From Priapulus caudatus (Eukaryota): a stretch of 64,000 nucleotides of DNA. A model generated the notes under the pieces. It saw only the letters and a list, made by a program, of their open reading frames with translations. It was not told the DNA's origin and ran no database searches. Location of the stretch: assembly GCF_000485595.1 (NCBI RefSeq), contig NW_014577076.1:350420-414419 (forward strand), given 5' to 3'. The position numbers were made by a program, and so were the translations under genes. Shown here piece by piece: positions 36,760 through 51,000 of the stretch; the stretch's first letter is position 1, and each line of letters begins with the position of its first letter.

Positions 36760-39686
36760 TTACTGTCTGCAGTTCTCGTGGTAGGCCGTAGTGTTGCGGA
36801 AGTCGCGCCATGTCGGAGGCAGATTGTCACTGAGAAGCCTTCCGCATCGCTGGCACGGATGACTGAACAACGTGTTATAGCTTCTGAACCATGTCTGCGG
36901 ACAGTCACAATATCTCTTAGTTGGAGTATGATAGAGGTGGACAAGGGCTGCAATACTGATAGCCAAAATAAAAGTTCCAAGCTTCACGTCTACCCACCTC
37001 GTTTAATAAGCGTAGTAAGATAGCAGCAATTGCTGGAACATGATTCACCTAAAACCAGAGGTGGTTTGAGTCTCCCTTTTTTTACCTTTACTGTTAAGAA
37101 TGTGTTGTAGAAAATTCATTTCCAAAATGCATTCAATTCAACCTGTTTAAAATCTTTTTTTAACCCCCTCTAATTTAGTCTCATAAACATTTTGTTATTA
37201 AATGCTGAACTTGTCCCTTCAAGTTAATAAATAGATAGATCCCCCTGATACCAATCGTGTTCATACCATGAAAGACTTGACTGCCAACTCTGGCATGTTT
37301 GGTGAGTAGAAATGTAGCATAGCAGAGTTAGCATGGTCCGTCACCTGTGGACCACAAACCACCACATAATATAGGATTATATGAAACCAAACGTTTCAGA
37401 TACAGTCCAGGATCTGGAGATTGCATCTACTATTTAGGCGACTAATGAAAAAAAAAGATCTGATGTTTCTTTGTGAATCGCTGATAACCACGAAAAACTG
37501 CTGCCTAAAATATTCGCTGTCTACGCCCTACAAATGGAAGCAGGGTATTAGCCAGGAATGAGTATTGTGGGCATGCAGAAAAAATATTTGGGAGTGCAAT
37601 TTTTTGTACGTGTGTCTTTAGGCCGTGCTACACATTTTTGGCCGTGCAGTTTCAAAACTGACCATGCAAATCACGGCTGCACGGCTCGCTGGCTAATACT
37701 TTGAATGGAAGTCTCTACTACAGTCTCTACTACAAACAAATCAACGTTGCGCCAAGGGTATTATTTGCAGTAGCGTGCAGTTTCCAATCCAACTGAATTC
37801 GGCACGCGACGCGTTTATCTGTCACACGCACTGTGTCCTGTGACGCTCACCTTCTGAAACACCTTGTAGCGTGAGCTGGACCAGACGGTCTCTGGCTTGT
37901 GGTCGTCGACGTGGTGATCCTCACTGATGGCCTTCACGACGACCCACTCTATGATGAGGCTGCGAAGCACGACTACAGCTCTCAGGGTCTGACCCAACGT
38001 GATCTACACACAGCAAACACTCCCACCATCATCTCAAATTCAGCAGAAGACAGAACTAGTTTTTGATGGCAAGCCAGTTAACAACTCGCAAGTATCCAGT
38101 GCTTTATAATACAATATATATACATATATAGTTAGCACTTGCAATGGCATAAGGCGAATGAATATCTGGAGAACTTGCATACCCGGAGAAGGCTTATATT
38201 TCAATCATGGCATTTCAGTGCTGTATTTGGCACCTGCACACTAAACATTGGCTAAGTAGTTCACAATTCATCTGTTACGTACACAAAGGTACCATTCATG
38301 ATAATATAAATACATGTGTACACATGTATGCACGCACTCAGGTTATCATTTTCACACCTTCAATATAGCAGAGGATCCCATAGGCCTAATAAGTTGAACT
38401 GTCATCTCTTGTGGAAAGAGAAGTGCAAGACTTGAGACCAGACTATCCACATTACTGAATAACAAAACAGTGATTTTTTTTATAAACATTCCTGTGTATT
38501 CAAACAAGAACTAATAAACATGAATCAATGCTACAATGCTTTGTGTACTAACTATGGTTTTCAGGAAGGTTTATATATCTATGCATTACTCGAATATTTT
38601 CAGGAAAATATACTTGCATGTTGACTAATCTTCATTCACCTCTCCCCAAACCTCAAATAATACCAAGTAGGTTCCTAAAATTTATGCAATAACAACAACA
38701 AGAGCCAAGCTATACCTGGTTTTACCTAATATAAAGTGTGTGAGTGATATCTACATCACTTCTAAATACTTATTCTCATACTCAATCCTGTTCACGCTAA
38801 TGGAAATGCACCAACGTTCACTTACTGCTGTGGCACTGCATGTATGGTTGGACCAGGCCTGCGCAGCCGCTTCGTTGCAATGCTGGACATAGTTGTGGAG
38901 CGTTTCAGTGTATTGGAACTTAAGATAGATGAAGCAACTCCTGCATATTCGTGCAGCTGGAAATGGATTATATTTACACACGGAACTGAAGCCTCTTATG
39001 GAGATAAGTAAGGAGGCAGACGTCACACACCCTGGATTTTGTAGAAATATGAAAAATACACCTGACAAATGTAAGTTACTAGGACAAAACTATCTTTTCT
39101 GCATAATTTTACCCAAAATGTATACTATTTCTAGTAAATGTAAAACTTTCTCATAAAAAAAGCATTTCCGTGTCAATACTCGAGTCACAAAATTGTGTCT
39201 GGCCCTCTTAACATTTTCTCAGATCATCGCCATAGTGAATTTTCTAGTATAGCAACCAAAACGATATTGCTATTTTCATTCAAATATATTTCAAAATAAA
39301 ATGTGAATGTAAAATAAAAAATGTTAGTCAATAATAACATTTTAGCAACAAGAGATGGGAACACAGTAGCAGCACCATTCGGTGACAACTGTGACACAAT
39401 AATTTAGGAAGACAATTGTCTTCTGAATAAGCCAAAATACCACATAAATATGTGATTCGTGAATGCTCCATTCTACACATGTATGTATAATTTATATTCT
39501 AAACATCTACAGAAAGATCCCTCCAAGTTCATGAAATGCACCTTATCCGACCACTTGTAGGTGTGAAGGAGTTGTCCATAAAGAGGAGCACGGTCATGCA
39601 CTGGGTCCTGGTTGAGTAGTCCTGTATTGCCAAGTGACATCTGTGGGCCTCGCTCTGGCAGATCATTTGAAAATTGTGAGATATCG
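36760..39686 (-). CDS. MED27: Mediator of RNA polymerase II transcription subunit 27; exon 1 not located
   Basis: Phase-compatible exons 39686-39542 (GNTGLLNQDPVHDRAPLYGQLLHTYKWSDK), 38956-38826 (LHEYAGVASSILSSNTLKRS), 38454-38358 (NVDSLV..FPQEMTVQLIRPMGSSAILK), 38003-37851 (ITLGQTLRAVVVLRSL..WSSSRYKVFQK), 37344-37267 (VTDHANSAMLHF..VKSFM) and 36894-36760 (TWFRSYNTLFSHPCQRCGRLLSDNLPPTWRDFRNTTAYHENCRQ*). The last matches the human MED27 C-terminus TWLRSYIKLFQAPCQRCGKFLQDGLPPTWRDFRTLEAFHDTCRQ. Confidence 0.95.
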
Positions 39687-42600
39687 CTGTGAAGCAAAGT
39701 ATTATGAACATTACTTCATGTGTCTCCTACCTAAAACCGGTGTGTAATTAGTTCAATATATTGATTACCCTAATTATAATTAGCTCAATATGTGATTCGA
39801 CCTTGTTAATATTAAAGGCTCACAATGCGCATCCAAACGCTAATTTCTCCAGTACTAGACTAGCAAATACTTCGTGGCATGCATACTCACACTACCTTAT
39901 GACAAAATAAACTCTAGTTCCTCCCATTTCATTGCGCGCTGTCTTATAAAAGATATTTGAAAATATACCTCCAATGTTGTTCAAATTCTCCGATGTTGTT
40001 GACAGTTTCCCCAATCCCCAAGCAACCGTGCAGCGGTGCTGCGGTACAGCAGTACGGGTGTAGCAAAGATAAAAACATGTGACGTCACGTCACCACTTCG
40101 AGGCTATATTGTTTGGCAAACAGTCGGCATTTGCGCCAGCATGCCAGTTTTCTCCCCTCTTTNNNNNNNNNNAGAGGTCTTTCTCACAACTGAAATGTGT
40201 AAAAAAAACAAATAGATTGACTCGTAGTCAGAATGAAGGTGTACATGCATTTACGCTGAAATCCTACATAAATTTTTGTACTGCTGGAACATGCATGGTA
40301 TATCTGGTCAGACAGGTCAACAACTAAAATGGACTGGGTCAGTGTGGAAAGGAGGGGGGCACCAAGATTGGTCAGTGCTTAGGGCACCAGTGAGCCTTAA
40401 TCCGCCCCTGAATGTACTGTGTACGATTTGAGCTCAAGTTGGATGAGTTACACGTAGTAAATTGTAGGTATTATAAGGCTAGTAAATGACGAATTTCCCT
40501 TGTTTATTGAAGTCACACCCCTTCCCTATTATCTACTCCTGATGTATATACATGTGTGGATATGTGTATAGATATATATATACACACTGTACCACAAAGA
40601 TGCACACATATACACACATATATACCGAAGTCGCTGCGACTCCTCCGACTGTGACTATGTACTTTCCCTATGCATGTATATATAACCTCTGCGACCACAC
40701 ACATTCAGATGCAGATGTATATACATGAATATATAGGCGTATACTGGCGTATATGTCGGATATGACGGTAATTAGGCTATGAATATATAGACATTTATGT
40801 ATAGCATTATTAGTGGCACTAGGTATGATAGCTATGCAGAATATATATAGGTTGGACGTATAGACAAACATGTGGGGATGTATATAAGATATATATATAT
40901 CCTTCTGTTCGCGAGAACGGCGTATATACGTACGTATATATACTTGCCAAATGCCGAAATCGCTGCGACTCCTGCCTCTGTGACCAGGTACTTTCCCTGT
41001 GCATGGATATTAGTGATGGGAATCGGCTGGAATTTCATAATCGATTATCGGTTTCCGGGGCAGACCAAACCCAAAATACCAAAATGTTTTATTAGTTAAG
41101 ATAATGACTCCAAATTTTCAGGGTAAATACTTAGTATTTATTGCAAATGAAAAAATGTGTTTTAGCCTCGTTTTGGAATCTAGGTCACGTAAATCCAAGA
41201 TGGACACCATCAAAAAGTGTACTTCTTTATTTTTGCTAAAGCATCAAAACTACTCAACACAATTAGATAAAACTTGGCAGAAATGATCAACAGGGTGTAT
41301 TCTATAAAATGAACTATTATCAGTTATGTAATTTGCTCCGCTTGGAAAAAATTTGGGATAAACTGTCATTTTCATAAAATGTGGACAAGGCTTGACTCTA
41401 TTCCACTTCATAGATTAAGTTATATCACTTGTATCATGCTGATTCTAGTTCATTTTACAGGTCTATACCTCAAGATAATACCCTCCAAATTTCAGATAGA
41501 TATCTGTAGTAGTTTTTGAGTAGTTCCAATTTATACAGGCTGAAACGCTGTAAAATGCGAAACTGAGAAATCAGCCTCGAAAGATCACAAACAGCCAAAA
41601 GTATACATTTAACTCATAGAAGTAGTCCCATACATGCTAATTATGAAATATTCTTCACCACTTCATAGGATGTATTGAGAAAATTTGATAGAGGGGAATT
41701 GAAGTTGGAATACCAACGTGCCTAAAGGAGGGAAATTCAATTTTTTCATTATTTTTTATTTTTTTTTAAATTTTGGGCTGAGGTAACCTAACCTTACATC
41801 AGTAAAAACCGCGCTGTATAGAGAACAAGATTTTAAGAACCCTGTTAGGCTAAAAAAATTTCCACATTTAGAACCCCTTTACATAAAACTCTTGTTCTTA
41901 GGCTAAGATTTTAAAATGTAGTTCTTAATTTTCCATCAGATGAAGAGCATTAAAAAGAAACACAGGTAAAAGATCAAAAAAGACGAGCTCACGAATACCC
42001 GAAACTTTGCCAGCACCGCTTCTTTTTTGCATCGCATCTTGCATCTTGCTTTGTTCTCCTTGGATACTTACTTGATCACACACGTAGGTAAGCACTGAAA
42101 ACCTTACACTCGTAGCCCATCAGTGTGATTATTAAGCAAAATTGCAGTCTCCGTTGTAAGGAAATCTTTAACAGCAGATTGAATCAAGTATAAGCTTATA
42201 CCATATTAAAAAGTAGAAACAATAAGAAACCTATTAAGAACCTTTTGAGCCATAATTTTCAGTAAGCACCATTTATATAGAAAACATATTGAGCAACTTA
42301 GGAAAAATCTATAGTGTCTTAACCGGCTCTTTTACTGTATATTTTCTCCACACAAATTCCGTATTAATCTCCTATTTTCCACATCCTGAAATTCCTATTC
42401 TATTTGAGCGTCCCACCAGCCCACTTGCAATCTAATTATTGATATGTTGATGACCCCATCAATTACCTCGTGTATATAGTATGCTGACTTTCCTTATTAG
42501 TCTGGATGACTGAGGCCTGTGATATAAGAGTGACCATCAGTCTGTCAAATGCAAGAGTTCGCATGGCTGCTCATTTCTCCGTCAACAGTACCACAAAGGT

Positions 42601-42909
42601 AAATAAAAAACCGATCATGACTGCAGTAGTAGAATTAGTAAGCTAGTTGATAACACTTGATCATATGTTATCTAGATTAAGTGAAGCCAAATATAGAAGA
42701 GTGAACGCGGCATCGAATTCATTGATCATTGTATTTCCTAATCTTTTATTTTATCTGATGTGACAGGAACAATCCACTAGGTGGAAACTCCATCATGTAG
42801 ACAAGAAATTCTTGATAAATTATGCCACATGTGATGCAGCTGACTTACATTATCGGATATTGATGTTAGTTGCGATCAAGAACNNNNNNNNNNNNNNNNN
42901 NNNNNNNNA

Positions 42910-45745
42910 AATGCTAGCATAGCAGCAGTTAGCATGGGTCGTCGTCACCTGTGTGACCACAAACCACCACATAATATAGATTATATGAACCAAAACGTTT
43001 CAGATACAGTCCAGGATCTGGAGATTGCCATCTACTATTTAGGCGACTAATGAAAAAAAAAGATCTGATGTTCTTTTGTGAATCGCTGATAACCACGAAA
43101 AACTGCTGCCTAAAATATTCGCTGTCTACGCCTACAAATGGAAGCAGGGTATTAGCCAGGAATGAGTATTGTGGGCATGCAGAAAAAATATTTGGGAGTG
43201 CAATTTTTGTACGTGTGTCTTTAGGCCGTGCTACACATTTTTGGCCGTGCAGTTTCAAAACTGACCATGCAAATCACGGCTGCACGGCTCGCTGGCTAAT
43301 ACTTTGAATGGAAGTCTCTACTACAAACAAATCAACGTTTGCGCAAGGGTATTATTGCAGTAGCGTGCAGTTCCAATCCAACTAAATTCGGCACGCGACG
43401 CGTTTATCTGTCACACGCACTGTGTCCTGTGACGCTCACCTCTGAAACACCTTGTTAGCGTGAGCTGGACCAGACGTCTCTGCTGTGGTCGTCGACGTGG
43501 TGATCCTCACTGATGGCCTTCACGACGAACCACTCTATGATGAGGCTGCGAAGCACGACTACAGCTCTCAGGGTCTACCCAACGTGATCTACACACAGCA
43601 AACACTCCCACCATCATCTCAAATTCAGCAGAGACAGGAACTAGTTTTTGAGGCAAGCCAGTTAACAACTCGCAAAGTATCCAGTGCTTTATAATACAAT
43701 ATATATATATATATATATATACATATATAGTTAGCACTTGCAATGGCATAAGGCGAATGAATATCTGGAGAACTTGCATACCCGAGAAGGCTTATATTTC
43801 AACATGGCATTTCAGTGCTGTATTTGGCAGCCTGCACACTAACATTGGCTAAGTAGTTCACAATTCATCTGTTACGTACACAAAGGTACCATTCATGATA
43901 ATATAAATACATGTGTACACATGTATGCACGCACTCAGGTTATCATTTTCACACCTTCAATATAGCAGAGGATCCCATAGGCCTAATAAGTTGAACTGTC
44001 ATCTCTTGTGGAAGAGAAGTGCAAGACTTGAGACCAGACTATCACATTACTGAATAAAAACAGTGTTTTTTTATAAACATTCCTGTGTATTCAAACAAGA
44101 ACTAATAAACATGAATCAATGCTACAATGCTTTGTGTACTAACTATGGTTTTCAGGAAGGTTTATATATCTATGCATTACTCGAATATTTTCAGGAAAAT
44201 ATACTTGCATGTTGACTAATCTTCATTCACCTCTCCCCAAACCTCAAATAATACCAAGTAGGTTCCTAAATTTATGCATAACAACAACAAGAGCCAAGCT
44301 ATACTGGTTTTACCCTAATATAAAGTGTGTGAGTGATATCTACATCACTTCTAAATACTTTATTCTCATACTCAATCCTGTTCACGCTAATGGAAATGCA
44401 CCAACGTTCACTTACTGCGTGTGGCACCTGCATGTATGGTTGGACCAGGCCTGCGCAGCCGCTTCGTTGCAATGCTGGACATAGTTGTGGAGCGTTTCAG
44501 TGTATTGGAACTTAAGATAGATGAAGGCAACTCCTGCATATTCGTGCAGCTGAAATGGATTATATTTACACACGGAACTGAAGCCTCTTATGGAGATAAG
44601 TAAGGAGGCAGACGTCACATACCCGCGATTTTGTAGAAATATGAAAAATACACCTGACAAATGTAAGTTACTAGGACAAAACTATCTTTTCTGCATAATT
44701 TTACCCAAAATGTATACTATTTCTAGTAAATGTAAAAGTAAAGCATTTCCGTGTCAATACTCGAGTCACAAAATTGTGTCTGGCCCTCTTAACATTTTCT
44801 CAGATCATGGCCATAGTGAATTTTCTAGTATAGCAACCAAAACGATATTGCTATTTTCATTCAATATATTTCAAAATAAAATGTGAATGTAAAATAAAAA
44901 ATGTTAGTCAATAATAACATTTTTAGCAACAAAGAGATGGGAACACAGTAGCAGCACCATTCGGTGACAACTGTGACACAATAATTTAGGAAGACAATTG
45001 TCTTTCTGAATAAGCCAAATACCACATAATATGTGATTCGTGAATGCTCCATTCTACACATGTATGTATAATTTATATTCTAAACATCTACAGAAAGATC
45101 CCTCCAAGTTCATGAATCCAGCCTTATCCGACCACTTGTAGGTGTGAAGGAGTTGTCCATAAGAGGAGCACGGTCATGCACTGGGTCCTGGTTGAGTAGT
45201 CCTGTATTGCAATGACATCTGTGGGCCTCGCTCTGGCGCAGATCATTTGAAAATTGTGAGATATCGCTGTGAAGCAAAGTATTATGAACATTACTTCATG
45301 TGTCTCCTACCTAAACCGGTGTGTAATTAGTTCAATATATTGATTACCCTAATTATAATTAGCTCAATATGTGATTACGACCTTGTTAATATTAAAGGCT
45401 CACAATGCGCATCCAAACGCTAATTTCTCCAGTACTAGACTGGCAAATACCTTCGTGGCATGCATACTCACACTACCTTATGACAAAATAAACTCTAGTT
45501 CCTCCATTTCATTGCGCGCTGTCTTTATAAAGATATTTGAAAATATACCTCCAATGTTGTTCAAATTCTCCGATGTTGTTGACAGTTTCCCAATCCCAAG
45601 CAACCGTGCAGCGCGTGCTTGCGCGTACAGCAGTACGGGTGTAGCAAAGATAAAAACATGTGACGTCACGTCACCACTTCGAGGCTATATTGTTTGGCAA
45701 ACAGCCGGCGTTTGCGCCAGAATGCCAGTTTTCTCACTCTTTCTT
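42910..45745 (-). pseudogene. Frameshifted duplicate of MED27 internal exons (copy of 37312-40162); artefact or recent segmental duplicate
   Basis: Colinear with 37312-40162 and starts right after the N gap at 42884-42908. Single-base indels disrupt the exons (e.g. ~43440, ~44010, ~44043) and the donor near 45120 is damaged. The terminal exon is absent. Confidence 0.7.
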
Positions 45746-45884
45746 GTGAGTTTTAAGCAAACTTGCAGTGAAATGAGAGCAACTAGAGTTTATTTTGTCA
45801 TAAGGTAGTGTGATTATGCATGACACGAAGTATTTGCTAGTCTAGTACTGGAGAAATTAGCGTTTGGATGCGCATTGTGAGCCT
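45396..45884. mobile_element. TTAA-flanked MITE (Kolobok/T2-like); left half also present at 39816-40162
   Basis: TTAA|AGGCTCACAATGCGCATCCAAACGCTAATTTCTCCAG ... CTGGAGAAATTAGCGTTTGGATGCGCATTGTGAGCCT|TTAA, with TIRs of about 100 bp. Confidence 0.75.
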
Positions 45885-45909
45885 TTAACATTTGAGTTTT
45901 TAACATATG

Positions 45910-46459
45910 TAGCCTGTCAGATCAAAACATGGCGTAGGACTTCAATTTTCATTCTAAGTTAGTGATTTTTCACCTAAAAGTAGTAGAAAGCCGATTTTTT
46001 TTGTCATAAATACCTTTAGTATTTATCCATGTTCGATGTTACATCAATAAAACTGGCCAAAAGTGTGTCTTTATGTGTTTATTAATGTTATTTTATGTGT
46101 TTATTTACCTTAACTGTAAGCTACCATTTTCGTACTTCATACAGTGGATGGTTATTATGTCTGGTACGTTCATGCAAAAATTCATGTGTCTAGCTCAATG
46201 GGAATATGTTTTTTTAGATTTTTGTCCAAATGAAGGCCAAATGAAAACAAACTTTAACTTTATGACCTAATTACTCTGAACTTTGTTTTCCAAAATCGGC
46301 CCGATTCCAACTACTCAAATGCTCATGACTTCCGAACCATGTGACCTAGGAAGAAGATATTGGTGTCAAAATAACCAGAATTGAATGGTCTTTCTGGTAA
46401 AACTACTAACTCATAATGTCCGAATTGAGTCCTACGGCATGTTTTGATCTGACAGGCTA
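45910..46459. mobile_element. Non-autonomous TIR element
   Basis: TAGCCTGTCAGATCAAAACATGGCGTAGGACT ... AGTCCTACGGCATGTTTTGATCTGACAGGCTA. Confidence 0.7.
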
Positions 46460-47383
46460 CATATAATAGAAATTTGCATAGAACATGGACTTTATTTCAG
46501 TTTTGCCACTATACCTGTTAAACATGTTAAAACTATACATTATAATATTTGCCATTGCTATGTTCATATTTACCAATCTGGGCTTTGTTTGCAAATATGG
46601 TGGTGTTTCACTATTTGTGTACACGTATATAAATACGTAACCCAACAGAGAAGGGTCTACAGGGCACGTATCTATTTAATCTAAAAAATAAACCTGTATC
46701 TTTGAACCTATATGAACTGAAAATATGCAAGGAACCTAGAGTCATATATCTCCTTAAAAACACAAAGCTATAAAAATAATCTGCTATGTACAGATAAAAA
46801 ATGTAAGCAGAACTAATTTTGAATCAGCTGTATAAGCCTATCACTTAGGGCAGCTCAAGGATAGAGAGCATGGTCCCCAATAAAATCCGACAAATATCCA
46901 AAAAAGCGACATGTATATATATATTGTGCGTGCGTGCGTGCGTGCGTGTGTGTGAAAGACAGAGCGAGAGAGCGAGAGAGGACGGATGAAATGATAGACG
47001 GCAGCAGTGCATATATTGTATATTTACGGCAATCAGCAGAGCGTCCCGTTGCGCAATCATGCGTGTACGCAAGTTGCGCGATCACTGTGTGAGTGGATGT
47101 CCGGATGCGTAGCCTGGAGACTAGGCGACCGGTTCCGGACGCGTAGCCACTGCGATAATTATATGCTCTGGTATTAGTACTATTACTAATACTATTAGTA
47201 TTACTTAGTATTAGTAATGATGCTCCATACTCAGTATCACTATCAGTATCAGTATCAGCACTGTATCACTATCAGTTTCAACAGAGCACGTATGATATCC
47301 GTGCTCTGGAATCAATTATCATACTCGAGTCATAGTCATACGCCTACACTGCTCAATCCTAGTTTGTGCCGCGTTTGGGCCTA

Positions 47384-47777
47384 CAGGCACTTGGAGCGTT
47401 TCAATAAAATATAATGCTAAATAAATACAAAATCTATTTACTACCAAAGTCTTAATGTTTCTCTACTCTCTTTCACCTATTATTGCCGGAAATTTCCTGT
47501 AAATGCTGTCAAAATGCTCATCTGTAACACACGCTGGCTGCCGCACGCTAGCTGAGCACTGCACACTGACACATAAATATATTTATGTGTCAGTGTGCAG
47601 CAGCTAGCATGTGGCTGCCAGCATGTGTTGCATGTGAGCATTTAGACGGCATTTGCAGGAAATTGTCAGCAATAATAGGTGAAAGAGAGTAGAGAAACAT
47701 TAAGACTTTGGTAGTATTAGTAAATAGATTTCGTATTTATTTAGCATTATATTTTATTGAAACGCTCCAAGTGCCTG
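47384..47777. mobile_element. Spacer-less foldback MITE (~195 bp arms)
   Basis: CAGGCACTTGGAGCGTTTCAATAAAATATAATGC ... GCATTATATTTTATTGAAACGCTCCAAGTGCCTG, with centre CTGACACATAAATATATTTATGTGTCAG. Confidence 0.75.
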
Positions 47778-48003
47778 TGCACCGGCCCTTATTTTCGCAA
47801 ATGTGCTAAGCTAAGCCAGGGACACTGGCGTGCTAAACTAAGATTTGGCTACCCTGACACTGTTAGTGTTACTCCTACTCTTAGAGGCTATAATTATTTT
47901 CTCTCTATTTTGACTCTATTATTAATAGTAATAATTATATATGAATGTATATATAATATAATGACTTGATGATATTTTGTGTGGGTATCTTTAATGTTGC
48001 CAG

Positions 48004-51000
48004 ATTTGTCAGACGTTTTGAGCAATTATGATGTTCTACACCAATCGCAAATATCACACATCATAGTGAAAAGAGGCACCAAGGGAAAAGGTGACCACGT
48101 AAAGGAACTTAAATTTTCCGGACTTGGAAGGTAACAAAGCATTAATTGTGACATGATCACAGTGTCAGAGGTTTACTCATAAACTAATTAGCTTCCAGAA
48201 ATGATTATTATACAATTGAGTGTGTTCTACTGTAATGCCAATATGTGCAGTGACTACTAGTTTGTCTACACATTTTTTTCTAGACACGTATGCATGCATG
48301 AATGCATGCAGGTACACGTGTATGCAGCAGCAGAACATTGAAGACACATGCCACATGCCCGTGTGTGTAAAATAATTCATTAATTGGTGATCAACATTTA
48401 TACATGATTAAACTTTTAATTTTTCCAGACATTTCACATTGTCATTAAAACCAACAGTGGGGTTATTATCGCCCCAGTTCAAAGCATATGTTGTGGATGG
48501 GTACGGCAACAAAGAAGCTGTTCCTGTTGATCCAGAGATTTTCTTTTCGGGTGTTGTCACAGGTAAACACAATTGATAATAATGACTTGCTGCTAAGTCT
48601 TTGCTGTTGCACTTTAATGTGATTGTCTCAGGTGTGCTCATGTGCTCAGGTGTGTGTGTGAGGTAAAACTGTTCTTTTTTGAGCATTTTGGTCATGTCAG
48701 TATTTACACCCATTAATTCTTTGCCATTTGATGCATAAATTACATTCTGTCTTTGTTGTATGCTATGAGGTAATCAAATATTAAATAAACATAAAATATG
48801 CCATCGTAGTATATTAATGAAAAGCAAGATAATATTAGCAGGAATATAATGAATATTACAGTACTGGTGTCAGGTTTTGAAATAGATGTATGTTAAATAA
48901 AGACAGAAACAATAGAATACAAAGCTGCATGGCTCCAGACTTGCAGATATGTATATCTAAAACAACATAGAAATTAGATTACATTAAAATTCCTACATTT
49001 TTATGCCAATAATATAGGTGAGAAAACATCTAGTGTGCAAGCCTATGTGGACGATGACAACCTGTTGACTGCCACCATAGCAACACCTGATGACACATAT
49101 CACATCGAGGTACCACAAGTCAATTGACTGAGATACTTGTAAACCTACTCATTGCATTGAAGTTTTTGTCACGTTGGTAATGAAACTGTGCTAAGCGAAA
49201 TGTCATTAGATATTACAGATGAGAAAAAATGTGTATGTATTACATTTCGAATTGCTTGATTTTGTCAGCCGATGTGGCAGTATGCTCCTGAAGGAGGAAA
49301 TGACTCGATGGTCATGTACAAGGGATCTGATGTCAAAAGAATTCAGAAGCACCACTCACATGACAGGTAATTTCATAGTGGTATCAATTATACATATGTT
49401 TCATGGCTGTTACTCTGCATAGGCATTATGCTCTTATTGACTTATTTTCTATTCATATACATAAATAAGCAGACATTTTTATAGTTTTTCAGCAGTACCT
49501 GCATCCTTAATCAAATTTCAAACGTGTGTTTAGTTTCTGTGGGTACGTGACACCACCCCCAGGAGTTATTGTGGACAACAAAATTGATGATGAGGAGCAC
49601 AAGAAGTCAAAGAAAGGGAAAAATCAGGGATTCTCAAAGGAAAATGACATTGCAGACAAACACAGCCGAGTGAAGCGCCAACAGCAAAGCAGTCATTCCG
49701 ATGGAAGGACACGTTGTTCTCTGTTCCTCGTTGCTGACTATAAATTCTTTAGTGAAATGGGACAGGGTAACAGATTGAATACGATTAATTACCTAGTAAG
49801 TTTGATTACATTGTGTGGTAGACATTGAGAACAAGATAGTAAGCATTGTGCACTTATAGTCACTAAATTAAAAGTTTTAAGTTTCATAGCAGATTGCTAA
49901 CATCATTTGTAATGGCAAAGACACTGTTATAAATGGGTGTCATAAACCTTTGAGAGTCAGCTTTGAGAAAGCCCCCTGTCAGGAGGCGAAACGTCAGCTG
50001 TACGTTTTCAATCTTCACGGTTAAGTAACAATGAACCCAGTTAAATCTATTAGTCTACCAACCGAATAAACTTATTTAACGAGTCATAAACTTTGTTTTG
50101 TATAGATTGGTTTAATCCATGTGGTCAATGAGATATACCTATCTACTACGTGGGAGAAGAACATCACAAACATGGCGTTTGTTGTGAGAGATATTCTCGT
50201 ACACAAAGAGGCACAGAAGAATCTAGCCGTTGGCGATGAACATTACAATATGGACAAAAGTGGATGGGATGTAAAGAACCTGCTAACGGTGTGTAGTCAG
50301 ACTTCATTAGTCACAGATGTTCACCTCTAGTGCAGTAGCTATATTAGTATAATTAGTTGTACATAGTAAAGTAACTAAATTTCTTCTTTCTGTTGTTGCT
50401 GGTGACGTTTATTTATTTGTTGTTTGTTTGCATGCTATAATCCTACCATATATCTTAAGAACATTGTAGGAAGTAACCTTTGCTCCCTCAGGCTTTCAGC
50501 AGAGGTAACTACAGATCATATTGCCTCGCTCACTTGTTCACGCATCAGAAGTTTGCTGGTGGAGTTCTAGGTCTGGCTTATGTCGGGTCACCCCGTCAGC
50601 ACACTGTTGGTGGCATTTGTACACCTGGTAGGTTAGGATAAATGTTTGTAAAATATAGATTAACGTGTAAAAGATGTATCCTTATGTCTTTCTTGTGCCA
50701 ATTTAAATCACTTGCAGCTTGATGTTTTATGTGCATTTAAGTATGCCCTAAAAGGGTAAAGTTACAAAATGTGTTCTCCACATCAGCATAAAATACAAGC
50801 AAGCATTGAAAAACCATTTGAATATTTGTTGTGTATTAAGAGTTCCAGCAGGCTGTTTTTCTGTCCCTGCAGAATACTATTCGGATGGAGTTTTATGGCT
50901 GAACACCGGGCTCAGCAGCTCTCTCAACTATGCCAATAGAAAGGTTGTGAAAAAAGAAGCAAATATTGTGACTGCTCATGGTAAGGAATTACTGCCCAAC

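Noticed and set aside
43485..43694. Plus-strand 69-aa ORF MVVDVVILTDGLHDEP..KVSSAL
   Set aside because: It is the antisense shadow of a MED27 exon copy and is not preserved in the other copy.
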